Positions 32,078-43,275 of a stretch of 64,000 nucleotides of DNA are shown one piece after another. Below the pieces are notes generated by a model. It did no database searches. It saw only the letters and a list, made by a program, of their open reading frames with translations, and was not told where the DNA came from. Positions within the stretch are counted from its first letter, which is position 1; each line of letters opens with the position of its first letter. Source of the DNA: an uncultured Gammaproteobacteria bacterium (lineage in GTDB: Bacteria; Pseudomonadota; Gammaproteobacteria; Steroidobacterales; Steroidobacteraceae); NCBI GenBank assembly GCA_963779985.1, contig CAVZZW010000004.1, positions 1,527,624 through 1,591,623 on the forward strand, read 5' to 3'. A program made the translations under genes and the position numbers.

Positions 32078-33120
32078 ATACGCTAACGCTGCGGCGGCCC
32101 GATGACTGGCATGTGCATCTGCGCGACGGCGCTGCGCTCGCCGCGGTCGTTAAATTTACCGCGCAGCGGTTCGGACGCGCCATCGTGATGCCCAATCTGA
32201 AACCGGCGGTAGCCACCGCGGCAGCGGCGCGTGCGTATCGGGAGCGAATACTGGCGGCGCTCCCCGCCGATTCGAGCTTCGAGCCGCTGCTCACGCTGTA
32301 TCTGACGAATGGCACCACGCCGGATGAGATCGACCGCGCGCGGGCTTGCGGGTTCATTCACGGCATCAAGCTATATCCCGCCGGCGCGACGACGCACTCC
32401 GATGCCGGTGTGAGCGACATCGCCCAGGTATACGCGGCCCTCGCGCGCATGGAAGAGATCGGCATGCCCTTGCTGGTGCATGGCGAAACACCTCACCCCG
32501 ATGTGGACGTGTTCGACCGTGAAGCCCACTTCATCGACGCAGTGCTGCAACCGCTGGTCGAACGCTTCCGCGGATTGCGCGTGGTTTTGGAGCACATCAC
32601 GACGGCGCGCGCGGTTCAATTCGTCACCGATGCCCGAGCCGGCGTCGCCGCGACGATCACCCCGCAGCACCTGCTGCACAACCGCAACGCGATTTTTTCC
32701 GGCGGCATCCGGCCGCACTACTACTGCCTGCCGATTTTGAAGCGCGAGCGCGACCGGCAAGCACTCCTCGCGGCCGCCACCGGCGGCAATCCGCGTTTTT
32801 TTCTCGGTACCGACAGCGCGCCGCATGAGCGGGCGAGCAAGGAAAATGCCTGCGGCTGCGCCGGCATGTTCACGGCTCACGCCGCCATCGAGCTGTACGC
32901 CGAGGCCTTCGAGTCGGCCGGCCGGCTCGACCGCTTGGAAGCGTTCGCCAGTCATTTCGGCGCCGACTTCTACGGACTGCCGCGCCACGACGATACTATT
33001 ACTTTGGTCAAGGAGTCCTGGGTGCCCCCTCAAGTCTATGATTTCGGCGACGGCGCGCTGGTGCCCTATCGCGGCGGCGAACCGATCGCATGGCGTCTCG
33101 CCGGAGCCTGCCCCGCATGA
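32074..33120 (+). CDS. pyrC: Dihydroorotase (homodimeric type)
   Basis: RPDDWHVHLRDG, VMPNLKP, KLYPAGATT, FFLGTDSAPH. Confidence 0.9.
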   Translation: MNTLTLRRPDDWHVHLRDGAALAAVVKFTAQRFGRAIVMPNLKPAVATAAAARAYRERILAALPADSSFEPLLTLYLTNGTTPDEIDRARACGFIHGIKLYPAGATTHSDAGVSDIAQVYAALARMEEIGMPLLVHGETPHPDVDVFDREAHFIDAVLQPLVERFRGLRVVLEHITTARAVQFVTDARAGVAATITPQHLLHNRNAIFSGGIRPHYYCLPILKRERDRQALLAAATGGNPRFFLGTDSAPHERASKENACGCAGMFTAHAAIELYAEAFESAGRLDRLEAFASHFGADFYGLPRHDDTITLVKESWVPPQVYDFGDGALVPYRGGEPIAWRLAGACPA

Positions 33121-33822
33121 CCCAGCTCGCTCCGATCACTTTTGCAACGCGCTTTCGCGGCTTCCTGCCGGTGGTGATCGACGTCGAAACCGGAGGCTTC
33201 AATTCGCAAACCGATGCGCTGCTGGAGATCGCCGCGGTATTCATCGAAATGCGCAGCGATGGAACTTTGGCGCGCGGTCAAACGATTCGATACCACGTCG
33301 TGCCCTTTCCCGGCGCCAATATGGAAGCCGCGTCGCTGGCGGTGAACGGCATCGACCCCCATCATCCGCTGCGGCCCGCCATTCCCGAAGAGGACGCGCT
33401 GCAACGCATATTCCGTGAAGTCCGCAACTGCCATACGCGTCGCGGACTGCACGCGCGCGGTGCTGGTGGGACACAACGCGTTCTTCGATTTGAATTTCTT
33501 GAATGCGGCCGTGGCGCGCACGCAGGTCAAGCGCAACCCATTTCATCCCTTCTCGAGCTTCGATACGGCCACCCTGGGCGGCGTCGCCTTTGGCCAGACC
33601 GTATTGATGCGCGCGACCCTCGCTGCAGGCCTCGAGTGGGACACGGCGTCCGCGCACTCTGCGGCCTATGACGCCGAACGCACGGCCGATCTGTTCTGCA
33701 CGGTGTGCAACCAGTTTCAGGGTGTGTTCGACGCCAGCCGCCGGCGCTTGGCCGCGATGGGACCGCTGGAGGTCGAACCCTCGGCCTCGGGCGACCCGCA
33801 AATCCTCGAAGGCAGCAGTTAA
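33117..33822 (+). CDS. rnt: Ribonuclease T; frameshift near 33430
   Basis: [29 protein letters not shown] (DEDD exo I) is in ORF 33090..33671. [31 protein letters not shown] is in ORF 33415..33822. Confidence 0.82.
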
Positions 33823-34151
33823 GCCGGCACGGCCCCGGCTTCCGCCAGCAGCTGCTTCAGCTCGCCGCTCTTGTACATCTCGATGGTGATATCGCAACCG
33901 CCGACCAATTCACCGTTGACGTAGAGCTGCGGAAAAGTAGGCCAGTTGGAATACGTTTTCAGTGCTTCGCGTACTTCCGGGTCCTCGAATATGTTCACAT
34001 GCGCAAACTGCGCCTTGCAGGCACGAAGCGCGGACACCGTCTGTGCCGAAAATCCGCACTGCGGAAAATCAGGCGTGCCCTTCATGTAAAGGACCACCGG
34101 CGAGGCCGTCAGCTGGCTCTTGATCCGTTCGATAGCATTCATGATCGACAA
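33819..34151 (-). CDS. grxD: Monothiol glutaredoxin (Grx4 type)
   Basis: [17 protein letters not shown] active site and [19 protein letters not shown]. Confidence 0.9.
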   Translation of the reverse strand: MSIMNAIERIKSQLTASPVVLYMKGTPDFPQCGFSAQTVSALRACKAQFAHVNIFEDPEVREALKTYSNWPTFPQLYVNGELVGGCDITIEMYKSGELKQLLAEAGAVPA

Positions 34152-34387
34152 TCTCCAGATTAATCACTTTCCTGAGCACTAACGATAGCAGCCCGGAGGG
34201 CACCCGTATGCCCCGAAGCGCAAATATTGCCGCGGGGGTACGTCAGGGAAGCACCGGACATCGTTGAATTATTGGGGTTGGTCCCCTATTCTTCCAGTCC
34301 GCCGCAGCGCAAGAACTGGGCGGCGGCGCAAAGCCCACGGTGTGGGCGAGCCGGAATCCGACACAAGTACTCAAAAAGGGGAATCGC

Positions 34388-35005
34388 ATGAACCCATTAA
34401 CAACCGTGAAGTGGCCTTTGATCATCGGTTTCGCCCTCGCGGTGCTGATCGCAGCATTGGTGGGCGGCGGACTTACCTTCAACGCGGCGACTCTGGCCAG
34501 CCTGACGCGCTGGCTGCACATCGTATTCGGTGTGTTCTGGATCGGCCTGCTGTACTACTTCAACGCGGTGCAAACTCCGGCCATGGCCGTTGCCGCAGCG
34601 GACAAGGGCGGTCCCGGCGGCGCAGGGATCAATAAGTATGTCGCACCGCGCGCCCTGCTCTGGTTTCGTTGGTCGGCGCTAGCCACTTGGCTGGCCGGGG
34701 CCTATTTGCTGTCGCAAACCCACGGCCGCTTCATCAACACATTTACTTTCGGCCTGCTGGAAACTCCGGTGTCCCATTCCAATGTCATCATGGGCTTCGG
34801 CGCCTGGTTCGGAACCATCATGCTGTTCAACGTCTGGGGACTCATTTGGCCGAACCAGAAGAAGATCCTTGGGATAGTGCCTGCGACCGACGAGCAAAAG
34901 GCGGCGGCGCGTAAAGTCGCCCTGTACGCCTCGCGCATCAACTTCCTGCTGTCCATCCCCATGCTGATGTGCATGGTCGGGCCGTCGCACGGATTGCCGT
35001 TCTAA
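34388..35005 (+). CDS. Conserved integral membrane protein (4-5 TM)
   Basis: [42 protein letters not shown]. No catalytic motif recognised. Confidence 0.6.
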   Translation: MNPLTTVKWPLIIGFALAVLIAALVGGGLTFNAATLASLTRWLHIVFGVFWIGLLYYFNAVQTPAMAVAAADKGGPGGAGINKYVAPRALLWFRWSALATWLAGAYLLSQTHGRFINTFTFGLLETPVSHSNVIMGFGAWFGTIMLFNVWGLIWPNQKKILGIVPATDEQKAAARKVALYASRINFLLSIPMLMCMVGPSHGLPF

Positions 35006-35009
35006 ATCA

Positions 35010-35855
35010 GTGCCGGCTCCCGCTGACCTGCCGCAACAGGTCGCCCGCGCCCTGGCCGAGGATATCGGCAGCGGCGACCTGACGGCTGCCCTGGTGCCCG
35101 CGGAACTGGTCGGGCGGGCGGCCGTGATCACGCGGGAGCCGGCCATCGTTTGCGGCAGGCCCTACGTCGATGCCAGCTTCCACTCGGTCGATCAGCGGGT
35201 GCGCATCGATTGGCGCGTCGGCGAAGGCGACTCGGTCGCCGCCAATCAACTCTTGTTCACCGTCGAAGGACCGGCACGCGCCCTGTTGACCGGCGAGCGC
35301 ACGGCGCTCAATTTCCTGCAGCTGCTCTCCGGCACCGCCACAGCCGCGCATGCCTATGCGGCGCTCCTCGAGGGCACGAATTGCCGCCTGCTCGACACCC
35401 GCAAGACCATCCCTGGTTTGCGCTCCGCGCAGAAGTACGCGGTGCGCGTCGGCGGTGGCCACAATCACCGCATGGGCTTGTTCGACGGAATCCTGATCAA
35501 GGAAAATCACATCATGGCCGCGGGCTCGATTGCCGGCGCGGTGGCCGCCGCGAAGCGGAGCGGCAGCCAAATCCCCGTCGAAGTAGAAGTTGAGACCCTA
35601 TCTGAATTGCAGGAGGCCATCGCAGCCGGCGCCGATATCGCCATGCTCGACGACTTCTCGCTTCAGGCGATGCGCGACGCCGTGACCCTCAACGCACAGG
35701 CCAAAAAGCCGCTCGAGCTGGAAGCCTCCGGCGGAATCACCACCGCCACCATTCGCGAAATCGCCGAAACCGGCGTCGACTACATCTCCGTCGGCAGCAT
35801 CACCAAGCATGTGCGCGCAGTTGATCTTTCAATGCGCTTCGAGTGGAAGACTTAG
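35010..35855 (+). CDS. nadC: Nicotinate-nucleotide pyrophosphorylase (quinolinate phosphoribosyltransferase)
   Basis: [54 protein letters not shown]. Confidence 0.9.
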   Translation: MPAPADLPQQVARALAEDIGSGDLTAALVPAELVGRAAVITREPAIVCGRPYVDASFHSVDQRVRIDWRVGEGDSVAANQLLFTVEGPARALLTGERTALNFLQLLSGTATAAHAYAALLEGTNCRLLDTRKTIPGLRSAQKYAVRVGGGHNHRMGLFDGILIKENHIMAAGSIAGAVAAAKRSGSQIPVEVEVETLSELQEAIAAGADIAMLDDFSLQAMRDAVTLNAQAKKPLELEASGGITTATIREIAETGVDYISVGSITKHVRAVDLSMRFEWKT

Positions 35856-35897
35856 GATCGCGGCACGGGGATATTGCCGGCTCGCATGGCCCGAAGA

Positions 35898-35949
35898 AAG
35901 GGGGAGCCCGAGGGCAACGAGGGGAGCAGTTGCCCTCGGGCTCCCCCTT
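35898..35949 (+). terminator. 21-bp perfect-stem hairpin after nadC (no T-tract)
   Basis: AAGGGGGAGCCCGAGGGCAAC-10 nt loop-GTTGCCCTCGGGCTCCCCCTT, read directly. Confidence 0.5.
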
Positions 35950-36066
35950 CCCTCGGACCATTAGCGCTGGGCCGCTCAACAGCACTGTGCCAGAAGAAGG
36001 AGGGCGCCAGTGCCTTCGGCACCGGGTGTCGACCGGTTCGAATATAGCGCGGCGGGATCAGAAGAA

Positions 36067-36100
36067 CCGGCTGGCAACTGTGTTCTTCGTTGCCAGCTGG
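36067..36100 (-). terminator. Hairpin downstream of the GGDEF-EAL gene
   Basis: The minus strand reads CCAGCTGGCAAC-loop-GTTGCCAGCCGG followed by TTCTTC. An alternative GAAGAAC/GTTCTTC pairing overlaps it. Confidence 0.45.
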
Positions 36101-36181
36101 CTCTGCTGACCCCGCCACGCGACTGCTAGCTGCAGCCGGTCGCATTCCTCCCCGTCCCGAGGTACCAGTCGGCCCTAAACC

Positions 36182-38866
36182 TCAAACGCTGTTGGCCGCC
36201 TTCAGCACCCGCTGCGGCTGCGACACGCCATAGCCCTGCGCGTAGTCGACGCCCAGGCTTTGCAGCATATTGATGATCTCTTGATTCTCCGCGAACTCGG
36301 CAATGGTCTGCTTGCCGGTCAGATGCCCGATTTCATTGATCGAACGCACCATCTCGCGGTCGATGGGATCGTGCAGGATCTCCTTGACGAAGCTGCCGTC
36401 GATCTTCAAGTAATCGACCGGGAAGTGCTTCAGATATCCGAACGATGACAGGCCGGTGCCGAAATCGTCGAGCGCAAACTTACACCCCAATTCCTTCAGC
36501 GCCTGAATGAAGCGATTCGCCTGCGAGAAGCTCGCGATCGCCGCCGTCTCGGTGATTTCGAAGCAGATCTTGGTGGCATCCAGGCCGCTGCGGTGAAATT
36601 GATCGATCACGTAGGGCAGGAATTTATCGTCGCCCAGGCTCTGCCCCGAAAGATTGATCGAGCACATGGTCAATTTCTCGCGCTCGTCGGCTTCCGATAC
36701 CAGCCAACGGAACGCGTTTTCAATGACCCAACGATCGATGCTCGGCGTGATCCCGTAGCGCTCCGCCGCGGTCATGAAGTTGTCCGGCGCGACGATCTTG
36801 CCGGCCTCGTCGCGCATGCGTAGCAGCAGCTCGTAGTGCGCGCCCGATTCGGGCGTCTGCAACGGCAGAATGGTCTGCCTGAACAGCTCGAACCGCCCCT
36901 CCTCCAGGGCATTGTTGATGCGCGCCGCCCATTGCATCTCACGGCGCCGGCGCATCAGATCGATGTCGTTTTCTTCGAAGCTGTGGACCCGGTTGCGGCC
37001 CGCCTCCTTGGCCGCCTGGCAAGCGCTGTCCGCGGCGCTCAGCACCGACGCCACGTCGGCATTGTCCGCGGAAAGCGGCACTACGCCGATGCTCGCGCCC
37101 AGACGGAAGGTGCGCTCCTCCCAGGTGAACTTGAAGTTGCGCACCGCCTCGCGCAGCGTTTCCGCCGTCCGCATGGCCTCATCCAGAGAGCAGCTCTCCA
37201 GAAGAATGCCGAACTCATCGCCTCCCAGCCGCGCCAGCGTATCGCGCCAGCGGACTTTGGATTTGAGCAGGCCTCCGACCTGGCCCAGCAACGCGTCGCC
37301 GGCGCTGTGGCCGCAGGTGTCGTTGACGATCTTGAACTGGTCCAAATCGAGGACGCACAGCGCGTACGAGGTCTCGCGCGCCTTCGCGCTCTTCAAGGCC
37401 CGCTCCATGCGGTTTTCGAATTCGCGCCGGTTGACCAGCCCCGTGAGGACGTCGTGGCTGGCGTGATAGCTCAGGCGCCGGTTCAGCTCGCGTGCCTCGC
37501 TGACGTCGTGGAACACGAGCACTCCGCCGGACACCGCGCCGCTGCCGTCGCGTATCGGAGATGCCGTGCTCTCGACATAGATCTCGTTGCCGTCACGCCG
37601 GATCAGCAACATCGGCCGCACCGATTTGATCGACCGCGTGCGCCTGATCGCAACGGCCAGCGGATTCTCCAGAGGCTCGCAGGTTTCCTCGTGAAAGGCG
37701 CGGAAAATCTCTTCGATGGCGCGGCCCTGGCTATCCTCGAGGCGCCACCCCGTGAGCGCCTCCGCAACCGGATTCACATAGTCGATCACGCCCTTGGCAT
37801 CGGTGGTGATGACACCGTCGCCGATGCTCTGGAGAGTGATTTGCGCACTCTCCTTCTCGCGGAACAGCGCTTCCTCGTACAGTTTGCGCTCGGTGATGTC
37901 GAGTTCGACGCCGACCAGGCGCAGCAAGCGGCCCTTGTCGTCGACTTTCGCCTTCGCGCGGCTGATCACCCAACGCCACTCGCCGGTCGCATGGCGCATG
38001 CGATGCAGACTCTCGAAAATCGGCGTCTTGCCCGCCACGTGATCCCGAATGGCGGCTTGTACGCGCGACATATCGTCCGCGTGCACGAGGGTGCGCCAGT
38101 CCGGCTCCTGCCCCACGTCGGCTTCGTCATACCCCAGCATCGCTTTCCAGCGCGGCGAGAGATAGACGCGATTGTTGACGGTGTCGAAATCCCAAAGCCC
38201 GTCGTTCGCGCTGTACAACGCCAGCTCGTTGCGCTCTTCCAAATCGCGCAGGTGGTGCTGGATCTGGATGCGCTCCAATCCGGTGGACAGGCTGCTGCCC
38301 ACGAGCTTCATCAGCAGATGCAACTGAACTTCCCAGTTCTCGCGCGGCAGCGCGCCGGCTACACCTAAGAGGCCTGCCGCCCGGCCATCGATGAAGTAGC
38401 CGATGATCAGCACCGAGCCGATGCCGAGATGAATCCACACGGCGGCATCGTCGCTCTGATCGCCGCGGGGCTTGGCCGTATCGCGCAACTCCGATACGCG
38501 CAGCGGCGCCAGCCGCGATTGCAGCCACGGCAGGGTTTCCAAGGACTGACCGCGCAACTGCTCCGGATTGCCGGTCGCGAGCATGCCGCGCGCAACTTGA
38601 ATCTCATTGAACAGTCCCGACTCGGCGTCGAGATGGATATGGAAGGCGGCATCCGTGTGCGTCGACTCGCGCAGCAGTTCCAAGTTGGCGCCGATGACCT
38701 CGAACGCCGTCGCCGCGGTCATGGACTGGAAATCGACCGCGATCTTGGTGCAGATCACATCGAGACCCACGGCCGGACGCATACCGCGCCTCGGCCAGGC
38801 CTGCGGCGACAATATGTCCGACGCGGTCAGGTCTGGGTGGCGGGGATCGTGGGGGGCTATTGCCAT
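36182..38866 (-). CDS. Multidomain c-di-GMP protein: N-terminal sensor (GAF-like), 2 PAS, GGDEF, EAL
   Basis: The PAS regions include ANDGLWDFD. RLGGDEFGILL is the GGDEF motif. YELLLRM, DDFGTGLSS and FEITETAAI are the EAL-domain motifs. 894 aa, intact. Confidence 0.9.
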   Translation of the reverse strand: MAIAPHDPRHPDLTASDILSPQAWPRRGMRPAVGLDVICTKIAVDFQSMTAATAFEVIGANLELLRESTHTDAAFHIHLDAESGLFNEIQVARGMLATGNPEQLRGQSLETLPWLQSRLAPLRVSELRDTAKPRGDQSDDAAVWIHLGIGSVLIIGYFIDGRAAGLLGVAGALPRENWEVQLHLLMKLVGSSLSTGLERIQIQHHLRDLEERNELALYSANDGLWDFDTVNNRVYLSPRWKAMLGYDEADVGQEPDWRTLVHADDMSRVQAAIRDHVAGKTPIFESLHRMRHATGEWRWVISRAKAKVDDKGRLLRLVGVELDITERKLYEEALFREKESAQITLQSIGDGVITTDAKGVIDYVNPVAEALTGWRLEDSQGRAIEEIFRAFHEETCEPLENPLAVAIRRTRSIKSVRPMLLIRRDGNEIYVESTASPIRDGSGAVSGGVLVFHDVSEARELNRRLSYHASHDVLTGLVNRREFENRMERALKSAKARETSYALCVLDLDQFKIVNDTCGHSAGDALLGQVGGLLKSKVRWRDTLARLGGDEFGILLESCSLDEAMRTAETLREAVRNFKFTWEERTFRLGASIGVVPLSADNADVASVLSAADSACQAAKEAGRNRVHSFEENDIDLMRRRREMQWAARINNALEEGRFELFRQTILPLQTPESGAHYELLLRMRDEAGKIVAPDNFMTAAERYGITPSIDRWVIENAFRWLVSEADEREKLTMCSINLSGQSLGDDKFLPYVIDQFHRSGLDATKICFEITETAAIASFSQANRFIQALKELGCKFALDDFGTGLSSFGYLKHFPVDYLKIDGSFVKEILHDPIDREMVRSINEIGHLTGKQTIAEFAENQEIINMLQSLGVDYAQGYGVSQPQRVLKAANSV

Positions 38867-39054
38867 GCGCCTGCGGTGGTCCCAGGAGAATTGTTGCGGT
38901 GAGAGATCAACAGTTTGCCACCGGATTCAAGGCAAAAACCGAATGCGGCACACAGTTCCGTTGATCTCGCTCGTTGCACGTACAGCTGGATTCTCGCACA
39001 AGTTGTAAGGAATACAAGCTAAGCGATTGTATTGTTAGGGCTTGATGACATCCC

Positions 39055-39805
39055 TTAACCGAGCGCGCGCTCGGCCCCCTCGAACAGCGCCTGCAGACGG
39101 CTTTCCATATCGGCCTGCACGCGGCTGAGGCCGGCGGCATCCAACCCCTTGGGAACATACACCGGTTCACCGACCGCGATCACGATCCTCGACAGCGGGC
39201 AGGGAATCACGAATCGATCCCATTTGATCTTCCAGGCGCGCGAGGCGGCGTAGCTCAAGGGGATCATGGGCCGCCCCGACAGTTGCGCCAGCAGCACGGC
39301 CCCGGGTTTGAACTTCCAGGGCGGGCCCCGCGGCCCATCCGGTGTGATCGCCGGCGACACCCCCTCGTGAGCCAGCGCCTGATAATAATCGCGCAGTGCC
39401 CGGGCGCCGGTGTGCGAGGACGAGCCGCGAATCACCTCGCCGCCCAAGTTCCGCACGATCATCGCGCCGATCTCGCCGTCCACCGACGGCGAGATCAAGA
39501 AGCCCAATTTCAATCCGCGGCGGCGCTCACCCAGCAGGTGCTTGACGCAGAAATACCTGGTGTTGATGCCAGTAGACCGGTATGAAAGAAGGCGCGCGCC
39601 CGAGCGCCGACGCGATGTGTTCGGCGCCGATGACGCGAACGACTCGGGACCAGCGCCACACCAAGCGCACCAGCGACAAACCCACCGGCACGAGAATCTT
39701 GTACAAAAACAAGCGCCCGCGAGTCAGCCGCCTGCCGGAGCGGGTCTGCTGTTCGTAAATCGTATTGCGAAGGCCGCCACCGGGTTTCTCTTCCACGGCC
39801 GGCAT
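39055..39805 (-). CDS. DUF374-type lysophospholipid acyltransferase-like protein; frameshift near 39520
   Basis: The N-terminal part is in ORF 39527..39859 (..FIPVYWHQHQVF). The C-terminal part is in ORF 39055..39513 (LISPSVDGEIGAMIVRNLGGEVIRGSSSHTGARAL..AITPDGPRGP). Confidence 0.65.
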
Positions 39806-39890
39806 TGTCGAGAACGCCGTCGTACTGCGCAAGCCGGAGGCGCCCCGCTCGGCCCGCACCGGGTGCGCGTGCCCCCTCCTACGTTACAAT

Positions 39891-41195
39891 ATGATGATGC
39901 AAACCCCAGCACTGCCCCCGGGCCCCGCCGAAGGCTTCGATCTCGGCGGCAGCGACGAGTCGTTGGCTCGCTTGAACCGCTATTTCGCGCAGTTCGGCGA
40001 CATCTATCGCGTGTTCGCACCCGGCCGAGGCGTCTACAACTACGTCATCAACCATCCCGACGACATCAAGCGGGTCTTGCTCTCGAACCATCGCAACTAC
40101 ACCAAGGGTGAAGGGATGGATCGCGTCAAGATCCTGCTCGGCAACGGCATCATGACCAGCGAGGGCGATTTCTGGCGCCGGCAGCGGCGCATGATGCAGC
40201 CCTCGTTCCATCGCCGCGTCATCGATCAGTTCAGCACCCTGATACGCAATGTCAACGACAAGTTCGCCGACCGCTGGGCGGAAAAGGCGGCGCGCGCCGA
40301 GCCGATCAACTTGAGCGACGATGCCAGCGAGCTCACCCTGGAGATCGTGCTGCACTCGATATTCGGCAGCGACCTGGCACGCCTGGAAACGGAATTCGGC
40401 GCGAATCCGTTCGAAGTCGTTGCCAAGGAGCAGAACCGCGACCTGAAATTCGCATTCCGATTCCGTTCACTGACCAAGCTGGTCGCCGAGTTGATCAACC
40501 ACCGCCGGCGTACGCCTGAGGAGCATTTCGATTTCCTCGGCATGTTGATGGCAAGCCGCGATCGGGAGACCGATGAAGCGATGAGCGACAAAGAGTTGAT
40601 CGACGAGGTATTGACGCTGATCGTCGCCGGGCACGAGACCACCGCGGCGGCGCTCACCTGGACCTGGTATCTCATCAGCCGGCATCCGGACGCCCAGGGG
40701 CGTCTGCAGGCCGAAGCCGATCGCACCAGTCCCGATCAGACACTTGGGTTGGATGCCGCGGAATCGCTCGAGTTCACTCACCAGGTGCTGCAGGAGTCGC
40801 TGCGGCTCTATCCGCCGGGCTGGCTCATCACGCGGCGCACGCTCGAGGCGGACGAACTCGGCGGCTACCCCATTCCCCCGCGCACCGATGTGTTCATCAG
40901 CCCCTACATGCTGCATCGGCATCCGGCCTTCTGGAGCGAACCGGAGGAATTCAGGCCCGAGCGCTTCGCCGGACCCGACGCCGAAGAACGGCATCGATTT
41001 GCCTATATACCCTTCGCGGTGGGGCCGCGGCACTGCATCGGCGAGAACATCGCGATGTTCGAAATGCTGGTGCACGTGCATGCCATGGCGCGCCGCTTTC
41101 GCCTCACGCGCGCCGGCAACGAACCCATTGAACTCGAGGCGCAAATCAATTTGCGCCCTCGATCCAACCTCATGATGACAGTGGAAGCACGATGA
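39891..41195 (+). CDS. Cytochrome P450
   Basis: I-helix LIVAGHETTAAAL, ESLRLYPP (ExxR), heme loop FAVGPRHCIGEN. ATG triplet run at 39891. Confidence 0.9.
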   Translation: MMMQTPALPPGPAEGFDLGGSDESLARLNRYFAQFGDIYRVFAPGRGVYNYVINHPDDIKRVLLSNHRNYTKGEGMDRVKILLGNGIMTSEGDFWRRQRRMMQPSFHRRVIDQFSTLIRNVNDKFADRWAEKAARAEPINLSDDASELTLEIVLHSIFGSDLARLETEFGANPFEVVAKEQNRDLKFAFRFRSLTKLVAELINHRRRTPEEHFDFLGMLMASRDRETDEAMSDKELIDEVLTLIVAGHETTAAALTWTWYLISRHPDAQGRLQAEADRTSPDQTLGLDAAESLEFTHQVLQESLRLYPPGWLITRRTLEADELGGYPIPPRTDVFISPYMLHRHPAFWSEPEEFRPERFAGPDAEERHRFAYIPFAVGPRHCIGENIAMFEMLVHVHAMARRFRLTRAGNEPIELEAQINLRPRSNLMMTVEAR

Positions 41196-43198
41196 ACGAT
41201 GCCGCTAAGCTGATGAATTACACCACCCTGGTCGACGTCCTCGAAGCCAACCGCGGCATCGACCGCGCCGTCACCTACGTCGACGGAGAGAATTCCGAGC
41301 GGCGCGTGCCCTACGGCGAGGTCTATACGCGGGCGCTCGGCATCCTGTACCACCTGCAGGCCATGGGCGCGCAGCGCGGTGACAAGATGATCATTTTCCT
41401 GAGCAGCAACGAGCAATTCCTCGACGGCTTCTGGGCCGCGGTGTGCGGCGGCATCGTCCCGGTGCCGCTGGCCGTCGGCATCAGCGACGAGCATCGGCAC
41501 AAGCTGCTGCGGGTCGCGCGCAAGCTCGGCAAGCCTCTTCTCTACACGGACGCCAAGAATCTGGAGCGCTTGGAAGGCCTTGCCGCCCAGGTAGGCGAGA
41601 CCGCTCTGTTCGACGAGCTCAAATCACGCGCATTCCTGGTCGACTCCATCACCGACATCTCCCGGCCGGGCAAGCTGCATCGGCCGGCGCCCGACGACCT
41701 GGCCTTCATTCAATTCTCCTCCGGCTCGACCAGCGAGCCGAAGGGAGTGATGCTCACCCACGGCAATCTGATCGCCAACACCCAAGGCGCGACGGCCGTG
41801 GGCAAGTACAACGACCAGGATGTCACGTTGAGTTGGATGCCCCTGACGCACGACATGGGATTGATCGGATTTTATTTGATTCAATTCGCGAATCGCGTGC
41901 ACATCCATCTGATGCCCACCGAGCTGTTCGTGCGGCGGCCTCTGCTATGGATGCAAATCGCATCCAAGAAGCGGGCCACCCTCACCTGCTCGCCGAACTT
42001 CGGGTATCGGCATTTCCTGAAGGTGCTGGGAGACCGCCGGCTCGAGGGAGTCGACTTGTCGTCGATCCGGCAGATCTACAACGGAGCCGAACCGATCTCC
42101 GTGGCACTGTGCAATGAGTTCATGAGCGCCCTGGCGTACACCGGCCTCCAGCACCACGCCATGTACCCGGTCTACGGACTGGCGGAAGCCTCGCTGGCCG
42201 TGGCGTTTCCGACACCCGGCGTGGACTATCGCTGGATCCGCGTGAATCGGCACAAGCTTGGCGTTGGGGCCCAAGTCGAGCTCAACCCCACCGACGCCCG
42301 CGACGCGCTGGAACTCGTGTGTGTCGGGCGCACGGTGCCCAATACTGAGTTGCGCATCGCGGATCAAGCGCGCAACGCTCTGTCCGAAGGGCAGGTGGGA
42401 CACATCTTGATCCGCGGCGCCAATGTGACCCGCGGTTATTTCGGCGACCCGGAGGCAACCGCGCTCGCCATCGGCGCCGACGGCTGGGTCGACACGGGCG
42501 ATCTGGGTTTCATGCACGAGGGCTCGCTGTACATCGCCGGCCGGAGCAAGGAAATCATTTTCGTCAACGGCCAGAATTACTACCCCTACGATCTGGAGAA
42601 TATCGCGCAGCGGGCGCCGGGCTTGGATCTCAACAAACTGGTGGCCGCGGGTGTCGCCAAACCCGGCGCGCAAGGCGAAGAACTGGTGATATTCGTGCTG
42701 CATCGAGGCAGCATGGCGGAATTTCTGCCGACCGCGGCGGCGGTCCAACGCTTGGTCAACGAGCACACGGGCCTCGAAGTCGCGCAAGTCATCCCCGCCA
42801 AGCGCATTCCCAAAACCACCAGCGGCAAGGTCCAACGTCACCTGCTGGAACAGGCGTATATCGACGGCGAATTCGACGCCGAACTCGCGGAACTCAAAGC
42901 GCTGCGCGCGGCGCCGGGAGCGGCGGCACAAGTTTCCGGAAGTGAGCTGGAAATCCGCCTGCAGTCGATTTGCGAAACGGCGCTGCCGGGAAAGAGAATC
43001 GACGTGCACGACAATCTATTCGACATCGGCGCAAGCTCGCTCAAGCTGATCGAGATTCACGAGAACGTCGACCGCGATTTCCCCGGTCTCATCGATCTGA
43101 CCGAGCTGTTCGATCATCCGACCATCGCCGACCTTGCGAAACACTTGGAATCCAAGCTCAAGGCTGCGCCCACGGCCGCAAGCAGCGCTCCTGCCTGA
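41192..43198 (+). CDS. Fatty acyl-AMP ligase-like adenylating enzyme fused to a C-terminal carrier (ACP/PCP) domain
   Basis: FIQFSSGSTSEPKGVMLTHGNL, YGLAEA, TGDLGF, PKTTSGKVQR. The C-terminal carrier motif is NLFDIGASSLKLIE. The start overlaps the P450 stop (ATGA). Confidence 0.85.
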   Translation: MNDAAKLMNYTTLVDVLEANRGIDRAVTYVDGENSERRVPYGEVYTRALGILYHLQAMGAQRGDKMIIFLSSNEQFLDGFWAAVCGGIVPVPLAVGISDEHRHKLLRVARKLGKPLLYTDAKNLERLEGLAAQVGETALFDELKSRAFLVDSITDISRPGKLHRPAPDDLAFIQFSSGSTSEPKGVMLTHGNLIANTQGATAVGKYNDQDVTLSWMPLTHDMGLIGFYLIQFANRVHIHLMPTELFVRRPLLWMQIASKKRATLTCSPNFGYRHFLKVLGDRRLEGVDLSSIRQIYNGAEPISVALCNEFMSALAYTGLQHHAMYPVYGLAEASLAVAFPTPGVDYRWIRVNRHKLGVGAQVELNPTDARDALELVCVGRTVPNTELRIADQARNALSEGQVGHILIRGANVTRGYFGDPEATALAIGADGWVDTGDLGFMHEGSLYIAGRSKEIIFVNGQNYYPYDLENIAQRAPGLDLNKLVAAGVAKPGAQGEELVIFVLHRGSMAEFLPTAAAVQRLVNEHTGLEVAQVIPAKRIPKTTSGKVQRHLLEQAYIDGEFDAELAELKALRAAPGAAAQVSGSELEIRLQSICETALPGKRIDVHDNLFDIGASSLKLIEIHENVDRDFPGLIDLTELFDHPTIADLAKHLESKLKAAPTAASSAPA

Positions 43199-43275
43199 GG
43201 CGGCGCGCCGAAACCGGACCTGATCGATGCTACGACAGAGGCGTGCTCAACGGCGACAGGCCGGTCGATGGGCGG

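Noticed and set aside
36030-36060. CGACCGGTTCGAATATAGCG with a GGTTCGAAT T-loop-like core in the nadC downstream spacer
   Set aside because: The flanks do not pair as a T-stem, and there are no acceptor or anticodon arms.
36836-38368. 510-aa plus-strand ORF
   Set aside because: It is antisense to the GGDEF-EAL gene.
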